A DNA stretch of 32,000 nucleotides from Candidatus Saccharimonadota bacterium. Lineage in GTDB: Archaea > Nanohalarchaeota > Nanosalinia > Nanosalinales > Nanosalinaceae. Below the pieces are notes generated by a model. It saw only the letters and a program-made list of their open reading frames with translations, had not been told where the DNA came from and made no database searches. Shown here piece by piece: positions 9,150 through 17,458 of this stretch. The position numbers and the translations under genes were made by a program. Within the stretch, counting starts at the first letter, position 1. The number at the start of each line of letters is the position of its first letter. The stretch spans positions 120,001 to 152,000 of the forward strand of contig NZ_CP107255.1 in the NCBI RefSeq assembly GCF_029232205.1, given 5' to 3'.

Positions 9150-9668
9150 TTATTCCTCTATTTCCATGTCCTGGTCGAGGCCTTCTTTGAATTCGTCTAC
9201 TGATTCGATGTCGAAGTAGTCGAGGAAGAAGTCTGATACGTCTAGTATTGCTGTGCGGCCGTCTTTTTCTTTTTCTACAAAGTCTCTGTTAACCAGTTCT
9301 TTTACGTGCTGATAGGCCCGGTTTCCTCTGATTTCTACAAGATCTGCTTGTTCAAGGGGTGCGTTGTAGGCTATGAGGCTGAGTGTTCTTAGCTGGCCTT
9401 CGTTGAGGTCCTGGTGTGGGGCCAGGTGGGATACGTGTTCCAGGTGGTCTTTTTTGACCTTGAGTTCGTATCCTGCGTCGGTTTCAATTAGTTCGAATCC
9501 GCGATGGTCGTTTTCCAGTTCTTCTCTGAATTCCTGGATCAGCATGTCTACGTATCCCATGCTTCCGAGGTTTAGTACGTCGGCTATTTCTTTGCTGTCG
9601 ATTGGCTCCTCTGAGAGGTATAGTGCGGCCTCCAGTCGTGCCTTTTTTTCTTCCACTGTCTTTTTCAC
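9150..9668 (-). CDS. scpB: segregation and condensation protein B
   Basis: 172 aa with 'LEAALYLSEEPIDSKEIADVL' and 'LRTLSLIAYNAPLEQADLVEIRG', the ScpB winged-helix pattern. It lies directly downstream of scpA and smc. Confidence 0.8.
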   Translation of the reverse strand: MKKTVEEKKARLEAALYLSEEPIDSKEIADVLNLGSMGYVDMLIQEFREELENDHRGFELIETDAGYELKVKKDHLEHVSHLAPHQDLNEGQLRTLSLIAYNAPLEQADLVEIRGNRAYQHVKELVNRDFVEKEKDGRTAILDVSDFFLDYFDIESVDEFKEGLDQDMEIEE

Positions 9669-9671
9669 CTT

Positions 9672-10415
9672 CTAGTTTGTAACATAGTTTTCGTCCTCTC
9701 TAGGTTTTTCTGCTTCCGGCCTGACTTTAAGGTCGTCGAAGAATTCCTCCTGTATAACGTCTACTTTTCTGTCATTTTCAAGGTGGAGGATATGCTTGAA
9801 CTTCTCTATTTTTTCTTCAGTATCGTTTGATTCAACAATTTTCTCGAACTCGACCTCTTCCTTGGTTTCCTCCGAGATCATTCCTTTTATCGTGTTGAAA
9901 AGCGAGTCAATTTTGTCTGTCAGGTCTTCCTCATCCATCTCGAAGACATCTTCCATTTCCGCCCTTTCGTTCTGCCTTTCCTGCCTTCTCTCCTTGATTT
10001 CAAGTGCTGAACGCAGAGAGTCCTTCAGTTCATCGAGCTGAACCCTTCTCTTCGGTTTAGCCTTTACTGGCATGTCAAGTTCAGGTCCCATTTCGAGGTC
10101 GGGGTTACGGCCCTGGTCTTCTTCTATCATTTCTTCGTCTTCAAAGGCCATTGGGTCTTCCATCATGTCTTCTTCCTGTTCTTCTCCGTCGTCAAAGTAG
10201 ACTGCGGTTGCTTTCATCTTTAGAAGTGCTGCACATACTCTGATAGCGCGTGCAGGAACCTGTAGATCATATTCCTGCAGCTGGTCGATGTATTCCTTGT
10301 ACCTGTCGGTAAGAACGCATATATCTACCTCTTCAGCAGGCATGTCTGCCGTCAAGGCCTCAAGTGTTTCTTCCCAGGGCTGTTCTGCAAGTATCTGAAT
10401 ATCGTACTGATCCAT
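9672..10415 (-). CDS. scpA: segregation and condensation protein A (kleisin)
   Basis: 247 aa. The N-terminal 'DICVLTDRYKEYIDQL...VPARAIRVCAALLKMKA' is ScpA-like, followed by an acidic linker. Position is between smc and scpB. Confidence 0.75.
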   Translation of the reverse strand: MDQYDIQILAEQPWEETLEALTADMPAEEVDICVLTDRYKEYIDQLQEYDLQVPARAIRVCAALLKMKATAVYFDDGEEQEEDMMEDPMAFEDEEMIEEDQGRNPDLEMGPELDMPVKAKPKRRVQLDELKDSLRSALEIKERRQERQNERAEMEDVFEMDEEDLTDKIDSLFNTIKGMISEETKEEVEFEKIVESNDTEEKIEKFKHILHLENDRKVDVIQEEFFDDLKVRPEAEKPREDENYVTN

Positions 10416-10487
10416 TGTTCCAACTCTTGCTGGCCCCTCTCCCCATCGAAAAATGAGGTATAGAACTTTTTAACTGATTGCCCTTTT

Positions 10488-13031
10488 TCAGGCATCTAGC
10501 TCGATACTTCTCATCTTTGTTACGCCATCACGCATTGATACTCCATAGGCCCTTTCTGCGTGTCTTACTGTGATGTCGTTGTGGCTGATGACTATGAACT
10601 GGTTGTCTTCTGCGTAGTCTTTCAGGAGTTCTGAGAGTTTTCTGGAGTTGTCTTTGTCGAGGGCTGCATCGATCTCGTCCATGATGTAGAAAGGACTTTC
10701 CTCGTATTCCAGGATCGCGAAGATGAATGAGATTGCGGTCATGGTCTTCTCGCCTCCTGAGAGCGATGAGATAATGTGAGGGTCTTTTCCTGGTGGTGCG
10801 ACCTTGAACTGTAGGCCTTTGTTGATGTCGTCGTCTTCCAGCACAAGTTTTCCTTCGCCGCCCTCGAAAAGTTTCTCGAATATTCGCGTGAAGCTGGCCT
10901 GGATGTCTTCCAGAGTGTCCATGAATCTTTCTCTTTTCTCTGACTCGATTTCCTCTATCCAGTCCTCAATCTCCAGCTTTTCCTGTCTGATCTCCGAGAC
11001 TTTCTCCTTGAATTCTTCGAATTCCTCTTTTTTCTCTTTGTATTCGTCGATCGCACGCATGTTAACCGGGCCCATCCCGTTCTGTTTTCTGACAATCTTC
11101 TTCTTTTTCTTCTTCAGGTCTTCCGGGGAGGCCTCCAGTGAGAGCTCGTCATCATCGTATTCGAAGTCTTCAAGATCTTCTTTTACATTTTCAAGCTCTG
11201 CTTTCAGGTTGGCCTTTTTCTGGCCTACGCTGTCGACTTTGCTTTTCAGTTTCTGTACTTCTGAGTATTTCTCCTGTCTTTCATCCCGTAGCTCCTGAAG
11301 ATCGTCTCGTAGCTGCTTTTTCTCTTCTCGTAGTTCTTCATCGGTTTCCTGTTCCTCTTCTTTTCTTTCCTTCATGTTTTTGAGCTCGGCAATGTCTTTC
11401 TGCAGGTCTTTAATCTCGTCTTCGAGTTCCTCTTTTTCTTTCTCTTTTTTCTTTGGATCAAGTCTGCTGGAGGAGGAGCTGCTGGAGCTGGATCGGCTTC
11501 TTTTCTTTTTACCTCCTGTCATGGCTCCTCCACGGCTCATAATGTCTCCGTCAAGAGTTACGACTCTTACACCGTTAATATCTTTTACTGAGTCGAGGTC
11601 TTCTGCAATTAGAGTATCTGAGAATACGTTGCTGATAGCCTTGTCGAATTTTGAGTTGTTGTCAACTAGTTCGGATGCGTATCCGATTACTCCTTTTCTT
11701 TTCTTGGCCATCTGGGATTTTGCGGACTTGGATCTGTCCTTGATCTTGTCCAGCGGGAGGAATCTTGCTCTTCCGATGTTTTCTCTTTTCAGGTAGTTGA
11801 TCATGTCGACGGAGGTCTGTTTGTCCTCTACAACCACGTCGTTCATGTGGCCTCCTGCTGCTGTCTGGATTGCCGTGGCAAATCTGTCTTCGTATGAGAT
11901 CAGGTCCTGGAACATGCCGTTTACAGAATCGTTGTCCAGATTCAGTACTGCATCAACGGCCTTTGAACCTGTGCTGCGGCTGCTTTTCATTCGCTTCAGT
12001 TCTTTGATTGTTTCCTCCAGGTCCTTGATCTTATCTCTCTTGTTCTCGATCTTGCCTTCCTTTTTCTCAATTCTGTTCTGGAGGTGCTGGATGTCGTTGT
12101 CTCCTCCCTGACTCTCCTCTATCTCCTCTATTCTATCCTGTTTCTCGTCGATTTCCTCGTCAATCTCTTCAAGGTCTTCTTCAAGCTGTTCAATTTTCTC
12201 CTTCTTCTCCGAGGTATCTGTATTGATATTTGCAAGCTGGTTGGAGAGAGCTCTTTTTCTTACTTCAAGTATGGAGGCCTCAAGCTTGTCTTTTCTCTCA
12301 TCCAGTTCTCTATATTTTATTGCGGCATCTTTCTGGTCTTCCAGGTTGTCAAGGTACTGTTTTTTCTCGTCAAGAAGTATTTCCTGTTCCTGAAGTTTTT
12401 GCTCTACTTCCTCGAGCTCTTCCATGGCCTCGTCTTTCTTGTCGTCGAACTCCTTTACTCCTGAGAGCTCATCTATTATTTCTCTACGGGCCTTTGGGCT
12501 TTGTTCCACGATCTCTGTGATCTGGCCCTGTCTTACAAAGTGGTATCCATCTGGGTCGATTCCTGCTTTTCTTGATATTTCATCTATCTTGCTTCTTTTG
12601 CAGTTTGTGCCCTGGAACTTGTACATTGAGGATCCGGCCCTCGTGATTTTCCGGCCTACAGTTACTTCTTCAGGACTTTCCTCTTCTTCGTCTTCGATGT
12701 ATTCGTCGAATACTCCGGAAGAATTGTCCAGGTATACTGTTACATGTGCGTAGTCTGCCGCTGTTCTACTGTCGCCGCCGTTGAATATGAGTTGTTCAAG
12801 TTTTTCGGCTCGCAGCTGTGAAGATCTTTTTCCGAATACAAAACTTATTGCGTCCAGAATGTTGGATTTTCCGTTTCCGTTCTCTCCTACTACGGCTGTA
12901 AGGCCTTTGTAGAATGGTATGGAGGTTTTTCTCTGGAAGCTCTTGAATCCTTTACAGGTGACCTTGTTGATCTTTGTCTGGGCCTTCCTGCCTTCATCTT
13001 CTTTCTGCACGGTTTCTGTTTCTGCGGCCAT
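10488..13031 (-). CDS. smc: SMC chromosome segregation ATPase, unusually short (847 aa)
   Basis: Walker A 'VVGENGNGKSNILDAISFVFG'. Hinge 'ATAIQTAAGGHMNDVVVE...GRARFLPLDKI...VVTLDGDIMSRGGAMTGG'. Signature and Walker B 'LSGGEKTMTAISFIFAILEYEESPFYIMDEIDAALD'. Confidence 0.95.
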   Translation of the reverse strand: MAAETETVQKEDEGRKAQTKINKVTCKGFKSFQRKTSIPFYKGLTAVVGENGNGKSNILDAISFVFGKRSSQLRAEKLEQLIFNGGDSRTAADYAHVTVYLDNSSGVFDEYIEDEEEESPEEVTVGRKITRAGSSMYKFQGTNCKRSKIDEISRKAGIDPDGYHFVRQGQITEIVEQSPKARREIIDELSGVKEFDDKKDEAMEELEEVEQKLQEQEILLDEKKQYLDNLEDQKDAAIKYRELDERKDKLEASILEVRKRALSNQLANINTDTSEKKEKIEQLEEDLEEIDEEIDEKQDRIEEIEESQGGDNDIQHLQNRIEKKEGKIENKRDKIKDLEETIKELKRMKSSRSTGSKAVDAVLNLDNDSVNGMFQDLISYEDRFATAIQTAAGGHMNDVVVEDKQTSVDMINYLKRENIGRARFLPLDKIKDRSKSAKSQMAKKRKGVIGYASELVDNNSKFDKAISNVFSDTLIAEDLDSVKDINGVRVVTLDGDIMSRGGAMTGGKKKRSRSSSSSSSSSRLDPKKKEKEKEELEDEIKDLQKDIAELKNMKERKEEEQETDEELREEKKQLRDDLQELRDERQEKYSEVQKLKSKVDSVGQKKANLKAELENVKEDLEDFEYDDDELSLEASPEDLKKKKKKIVRKQNGMGPVNMRAIDEYKEKKEEFEEFKEKVSEIRQEKLEIEDWIEEIESEKRERFMDTLEDIQASFTRIFEKLFEGGEGKLVLEDDDINKGLQFKVAPPGKDPHIISSLSGGEKTMTAISFIFAILEYEESPFYIMDEIDAALDKDNSRKLSELLKDYAEDNQFIVISHNDITVRHAERAYGVSMRDGVTKMRSIELDA

Positions 13032-13109
13032 AATACTACATTTTTTTGCGGTTTACTTGATTAAAAAGTGAGGTGTAGTAAGGCCCTTGGGTAGTTCGGG
13101 ATTGTGTTG

Positions 13110-13961
13110 CTATCTGAACACGTGGAAATCTATTACCTGTGTCTGGTTCACTTCGGCTTCTGCAAGAGTAACTGTGTTATTTTCTCTGTTTGTCCACTTG
13201 AAAATCAGATGCCGCCTCTCTGTTCCGTTGTTGAATGTGATGTTGGTTACATTAAAACTGTCTCCAGACTTGATCTGCCAGCGAAACAAACCGGTTTCAT
13301 TATCTGAAAGCAGTAAGGAGCTGTTTTGAACAGATTCATTCTTTGCAAGGCCAATTTCAGTACTCCTTGCTGTTCGCAGTTCTAATTTTCTGGTATTGAA
13401 AGTGCTGAACCTTCCCTCAGTAATGTTTACTTCTAAGTTATTCCGCTCCCGATCATAGTCTGTAACTGCAATCCTCAGATCCGGTCGATCCCTGCAGAGA
13501 TGTTCTTCAAGCTTCTGCTTCCTCTCGGAGCTAGAGTTATCCAGCCTACTGCACATCGCCTGTTCCGAGTCACTTGAGCATGTGGTGTAGTACCAGGGGC
13601 TTGGTTTTGGGCCACAGCCGCCGTAGACGTAGGCCTTGCATTGACCTGTCACAGGGTTTTCTGCTGAGTGTGCGCTCCAGGCTAGACAGCTCTGTGAGGT
13701 GTAGAGAAATGTGAATGCGGTCAGGCCTGAGATCAGAAGAACTAGTATCATGGCTCCGGCCTTGATCCATCCTGTTTCGATGAATCTGTAGGCTGAAGCA
13801 ATAAGTACGGTTATCAGAGATAGGCCTGCGAATCTTGATGCAAAAATGGTTATGCCTATACTGTTGAAGGATACCAGAAAAGAGAGTGCGATTCCTGTCC
13901 CCAGGATGGCTAGAAATGTTCTGTCCTCGCGGGCTTCTTCAAAATGCTCTCTAACTTTCAC
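13110..13961 (-). CDS. membrane-anchored Cys-rich, N-glycosylation-sequon-rich surface protein (283 aa)
   Basis: Three N-terminal TM helices are followed by a 6-Cys segment ('GQCKAYVYGGCG...'). A C-terminal region carries about 10 N-x-S/T sequons (NSS, NIT, NES, NSS, NET, NVT, NIT, NGT, NNT, NQT). Confidence 0.6.
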   Translation of the reverse strand: MKVREHFEEAREDRTFLAILGTGIALSFLVSFNSIGITIFASRFAGLSLITVLIASAYRFIETGWIKAGAMILVLLISGLTAFTFLYTSQSCLAWSAHSAENPVTGQCKAYVYGGCGPKPSPWYYTTCSSDSEQAMCSRLDNSSSERKQKLEEHLCRDRPDLRIAVTDYDRERNNLEVNITEGRFSTFNTRKLELRTARSTEIGLAKNESVQNSSLLLSDNETGLFRWQIKSGDSFNVTNITFNNGTERRHLIFKWTNRENNTVTLAEAEVNQTQVIDFHVFR

Positions 13962-14043
13962 AGAGAATTATTTCTGTTTCGGCCTCTATAAAAGTTGGAT
14001 ATGTCTCTAAAATATGATAGAATAAATGAGAAAAGGTGATTTT

Positions 14044-15354
14044 TTATGGAGTTAGTCTCTCCGGTGTTCTTGGGAATAGTATTGCTTCTTTGACGTTGTC
14101 GAGGTCTGCGACCTGTTTGACAAGTCTGTCGATTCCGAGGCCGTATCCTCCGTGTGGCGGCATTCCGAACTTGAAGCTTTCGAGGTAGAAGCTGATGTCT
14201 TCTGGGTCGATACCTTCTTCTTCGATTGCGGCCATCAGTCTTTCCATGTCGTGTTCTCTCTGTCCTCCTGATGCTAGTTCAAGGCCTTTGTAGATGAAGT
14301 CGAATCTTCTGGAGCTGTATTTGTCTCCTTCACGGGCTTCCATGTAGTAGAATTTTTCTCCTGGGTAGCCGATGACGAAGAATGCTGGATGGCCTTTTTC
14401 TTCGAAGTGTTCGCCTAGAAGTTTTTCTCCTTTGGTGTCAAGGTCTTCTGGGTCTTCTGGTTCGTGGTCGTATTCTTCTTTGAGGATTTCTCGGGCCTCT
14501 TCGAAGCTGATTCTTGGGAAGTCTTCTTCAGGTACTGTCAGGTCGACTCCCAGTGTTTCCAGTTCGGCTGCGGCTTTTTTCTCTACTTTCTGCAGTGTGT
14601 GTTGGAGTGATTCTTCGAGTACGTCCATTACGTCGTCTTGGCTGTCGATAAATGCGAGTTCGACGTCGAACATGGAGATTTCTGATACGTGGCGGCTTGT
14701 TGCGAATTCTTCTGCTCTGAATGCTGTTCCTGTTTCATATACTTTGTCGAATCCTGCTGCCATCAGCATTTGCTTGTATAGCTGCGGGCTCTGGCTTAGG
14801 AAGGCTTCTTCTCCGTAGTAGACTACTGGGAAGAGTTCGGCTCCTCCTTCTGCACCCATTTTTGCGATTGTAGGTGTCTGAATGTTGATGTAGTCGTTGT
14901 TGTCGAACCAGTTCTCCATTGCGTCTAGTAGGTGTGATCTCAGTGAGAAGATTGCGTGTTTCTCAGGTCTTCTGAGATCCATGAATCTGTTGTCCATTCT
15001 TGTGGACATTTCTGATTCTACTTCGCTGGAGATGTCCATTGGAAGAGGTGATTCTGCTTCTCCGATTATTTTGAGTTCTTCAGGGTGGAGTTCTCTGTCT
15101 CCAGGAGCCTGATCATTTGACTGTACTACACCTTTGGCCCAGATAACGTCTTCTTTTCCGATATTCTGCGCATTCTCGAAGAGTTCCTCGTTTTCGTCTT
15201 CTTTGAATGTTAGCTGGATCTGGCCTTTTCTGTCTCGCAGGATTACGAATGTGATTCCTCCGAGATCTCGAATCTCGTGAGCCCATCCGGATACAGCGAC
15301 TGTCTCGCCGTCCTGATCGGCTGTAACTTCGTTGGTGTAGGTTCTTTCAATCAT
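14044..15354 (-). CDS. aspS: aspartyl-tRNA synthetase, archaeal type
   Basis: 436 aa with OB-fold 'GWAHEIRDLGGITFVILRDRKGQIQL' and class II motifs 'FRAEEFATSRHVSE', 'GGQREHD' and 'PPHGGYGLGIDRLV'. Confidence 0.95.
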   Translation of the reverse strand: MIERTYTNEVTADQDGETVAVSGWAHEIRDLGGITFVILRDRKGQIQLTFKEDENEELFENAQNIGKEDVIWAKGVVQSNDQAPGDRELHPEELKIIGEAESPLPMDISSEVESEMSTRMDNRFMDLRRPEKHAIFSLRSHLLDAMENWFDNNDYINIQTPTIAKMGAEGGAELFPVVYYGEEAFLSQSPQLYKQMLMAAGFDKVYETGTAFRAEEFATSRHVSEISMFDVELAFIDSQDDVMDVLEESLQHTLQKVEKKAAAELETLGVDLTVPEEDFPRISFEEAREILKEEYDHEPEDPEDLDTKGEKLLGEHFEEKGHPAFFVIGYPGEKFYYMEAREGDKYSSRRFDFIYKGLELASGGQREHDMERLMAAIEEEGIDPEDISFYLESFKFGMPPHGGYGLGIDRLVKQVADLDNVKEAILFPRTPERLTP

Positions 15355-15391
15355 TTTATATCAACAGTAGAGAGTTTCCGAGATGAATTTT

Positions 15392-15970
15392 TTATGCGCT
15401 TCCCATTGTAAAAAGCAGAGATGCAAGGATCACAGTGAAAGAAACAGTGAAGCCCAGAAAAGTCTCCAGAGGGGTATGTCTACCAAGCTTTATCCTGGAC
15501 CAGGCCACCAGCCCTGAGAAAATGAGGAACAGAATTCCATATCCTGGTGAAAGGCCTGTGAATACTGCTGTTAGTACGCCCATGCCGGTGAGGTGGAGGC
15601 TGATCTTTACCTTGCTGTTAATGAGGTAGTTTATGATTCCTACTGCGATTATTCCAGGGTAGAGGCCTGCTATTATTTCTGGGCCGTTGAAGTGGTGTGT
15701 TGCTACTGCAGTAATTGTTAGTAGGAGTATTGAGAGGATGTAGAACATGTCTCTATCGGCCTTCGTGTTCATGTTAAGTTCTCTGTATTTTGGCATGGCC
15801 AGCACCCCATAGATTACTGCTGTCAGTATTGAGATTGGAAGTACTGCGAAGTAGAATATTTCTTTTAGAGGAAGACCAAACATGTAAAGGGCCAGTATGG
15901 CGCCTGGTATTTCGATTATTGCCGGGTGGAAGATCTGTGAAAGTCTGTATGCTACCTGTTCTTTCTCCAT
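15392..15970 (-). CDS. polytopic membrane protein, possible divergent PAP2-superfamily phosphatase
   Basis: 192 aa with about 6 TM helices. 'SRIKLGRHTPLE' fits the PAP2 C3 motif SRx5Hx3[DE]. The other PAP2 motifs are not clear. Confidence 0.3.
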   Translation of the reverse strand: MEKEQVAYRLSQIFHPAIIEIPGAILALYMFGLPLKEIFYFAVLPISILTAVIYGVLAMPKYRELNMNTKADRDMFYILSILLLTITAVATHHFNGPEIIAGLYPGIIAVGIINYLINSKVKISLHLTGMGVLTAVFTGLSPGYGILFLIFSGLVAWSRIKLGRHTPLETFLGFTVSFTVILASLLFTMGSA

Positions 15971-16029
15971 TCTCTGTTGAAGTTTTAGTTGAGACAGGCC
16001 TTATTAAGTTCACTTTTTGATTTTGATGT

Positions 16030-16110
16030 ACTGCGATGATGAGGACTTTTTCGACATCGTCTGATCCTCGAAAAGAGGAGTGATGACTCTTGAACACCTC
16101 TGAGCACTGT
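16030..16110 (+). ncRNA. candidate box C/D sRNA
   Basis: C box ATGATGA at 16036-16042 and D' CTGA at 16061-16064. A hairpin TCCTC-GAAAA-GAGGA lies at 16065-16079. C' (G)TGATGA is at 16080-16086 and D CTGA at 16100-16103. The guides are 18 nt and 13 nt. A TATA-like TTATTAAG at 16001-16008 sits about 28 nt upstream, and a T5 run at 16110-16114 follows immediately. Ends are approximate. Confidence 0.55.
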
Positions 16111-16192
16111 TTTTCAGGTTCTTAAGGCCTTTTTCTCTGTTTTCCTGGTGGAGGCAGTATTTTTAATAAGCAGCTAAATCCAGTTACTCTAT

Positions 16193-16609
16193 ATGGACTC
16201 GGAACAGGATCAGCTTTACGTCAAACTAGATGGATACAGAGAACTTCTTAATGACCTAGACTCCGTGGAGAAGACTATTACTAATATTGAGGAGGCCATG
16301 GAAGTTCTGAGACAGGTAAGAAGCGTAAAGCAGACAGCTATTGATACAGTTAATGAGAATATTGAGCACTTGAATAATGAACTGGGAGAGGTAGCTGGCC
16401 AGATGCCTGAGCTTGAGGACAACGTGCCGGCTGACGAACTCGATGATCGTCAGAGCGCTGGAGGCCAGCAAGTAGTACAGCAGCAGAGCAATGACTTCGG
16501 CCAGGAGCAGAGCTTTTCCGAGGATCAAGGCCCTGAATTAGATAACTCTATTGACGAGCTTCGTGATGAACTGGATGATCTTCAGAACGAGCTTTCAGGC
16601 CTGAAATAA
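16193..16609 (+). CDS. hypothetical acidic coiled-coil protein (138 aa)
   Basis: Intact ORF with a TATA-like 'GTATTTTTAATAAG' about 27 nt upstream of the ATG. The sequence shows a heptad-like pattern. No family recognised. Confidence 0.5.
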   Translation: MDSEQDQLYVKLDGYRELLNDLDSVEKTITNIEEAMEVLRQVRSVKQTAIDTVNENIEHLNNELGEVAGQMPELEDNVPADELDDRQSAGGQQVVQQQSNDFGQEQSFSEDQGPELDNSIDELRDELDDLQNELSGLK

Positions 16610-16682
16610 ATAACAAATTTTTCTCTCATATCTTTCTATAGAATTTTTGTCGTTGTAGTTTTCTGTTAGAGGTAATAGTTTT

Positions 16683-16765
16683 TGCCGGGGACAAGATTTG
16701 AACTTGCGAACCCCTGCGGGAATGGATCTTGAGTCCATCGCCTTTGGCCACTTGGCTACCCCGGC
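16683..16765 (-). tRNA. tRNA-Leu (anticodon CAA)
   Basis: The reverse complement reads GCCGGGG-TA-GCCAAGTGGCCAAAGGCG-ATGGA-CTCAAGA-TCCAT-TCCCGCAGGGGTT-CGCAAGTTCAAATCTTGT-CCCCGGC-A. This gives a full cloverleaf with a long variable arm. There is no intron and no encoded CCA. Confidence 0.92.
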
Positions 16766-16824
16766 AAGTTGTAGAACTGGTTGTAGAAGAAAATTTGCTG
16801 TAGAAACTTTTTGAATATATTTTT

Positions 16825-17181
16825 CTATGAGAATCTGATGCTCTGTCTTTCGCCAACGCTTTCTGGGCTTGGGCTTACAATGTTGTATGCCGGATCTCTG
16901 ATCTCTGCAAATCTTCCGCATTCCGGACATTTGGTGTATCCGTCGTGATCTTCCTCTGCTTTCTCCGTGAATCCGCAGCCGCAAGTTACGACAGGATCGA
17001 TGTTCTCAACTTCTAGATCGATTCTTTCAAGAATTGTGCCCTGTGTAAAGTATCCGAAAAGTGTTTCAAACTGTTCAGGGCTGCAGACGCTACTGTTAAC
17101 TTCGATATGGGCCTCTCCGTTCGTGGAGGTTCGAGATAATTCCTGCATTACGTTAATTAGTATGTTTCCAAGCTTCTGCAT
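16825..17181 (-). CDS. HypA-like zinc-ribbon protein (118 aa)
   Basis: Length and layout resemble HypA/HybF: an N-terminal alpha/beta part, '...TQGTILERIDLEVENIDPVVTCGCGF...KCPECG', and a Zn-ribbon. The N-terminus is MQK rather than the Ni-binding MHE. Confidence 0.4.
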   Translation of the reverse strand: MQKLGNILINVMQELSRTSTNGEAHIEVNSSVCSPEQFETLFGYFTQGTILERIDLEVENIDPVVTCGCGFTEKAEEDHDGYTKCPECGRFAEIRDPAYNIVSPSPESVGERQSIRFS

Positions 17182-17458
17182 TTCTTTCTTTTACACCTTT
17201 CAGGCATCGATTAACCCCCTTCTCCCCACGTATCTATACAATCCTCAACAACCTTATTTAAATTAACGACTGATCGGCCCGAAAAAAGGGACTGTTCACG
17301 AGAACCTTAAACAACTCAGAGACGGTTTTTAAAATCTGAAAAAAGCTCTGAACTTTGCAAGTATTCTTTATTAGCGAAAAAAGCCTGGAAAATACGATCT
17401 AGTTGATTTTAACTTTACTACATCTGTAAAAACATCTTTAGACAGAAATCAGGATTTT

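Noticed and set aside
11100-12460. Nucleotide-level repetitiveness (GAA/GAG/AAG runs, and the AGC/TCC Ser run) inside smc looked superficially like a tandem repeat array.
   Set aside because: It is in-frame coding sequence for the E/K-rich coiled coil and the Ser9 tract. There is no fixed repeat unit or spacer structure, so it is not a CRISPR array or satellite.
15774-16097. A 107-aa minus-strand ORF overlaps the 5' end of the 192-aa membrane protein gene and the C/D sRNA candidate.
   Set aside because: It overlaps a better-supported CDS out of frame, its composition is basic and unlike the local proteome, and the spacer part is better explained by the C/D box arrangement.
16087-16099. tRNA-Leu(CAA) anticodon loop as the target of the D guide of the C/D sRNA candidate (shared TCAAGA).
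   Set aside because: There are only 6 contiguous complementary nucleotides, far below what a guide duplex needs. The real targets cannot be assessed without the organism's rRNA sequences.
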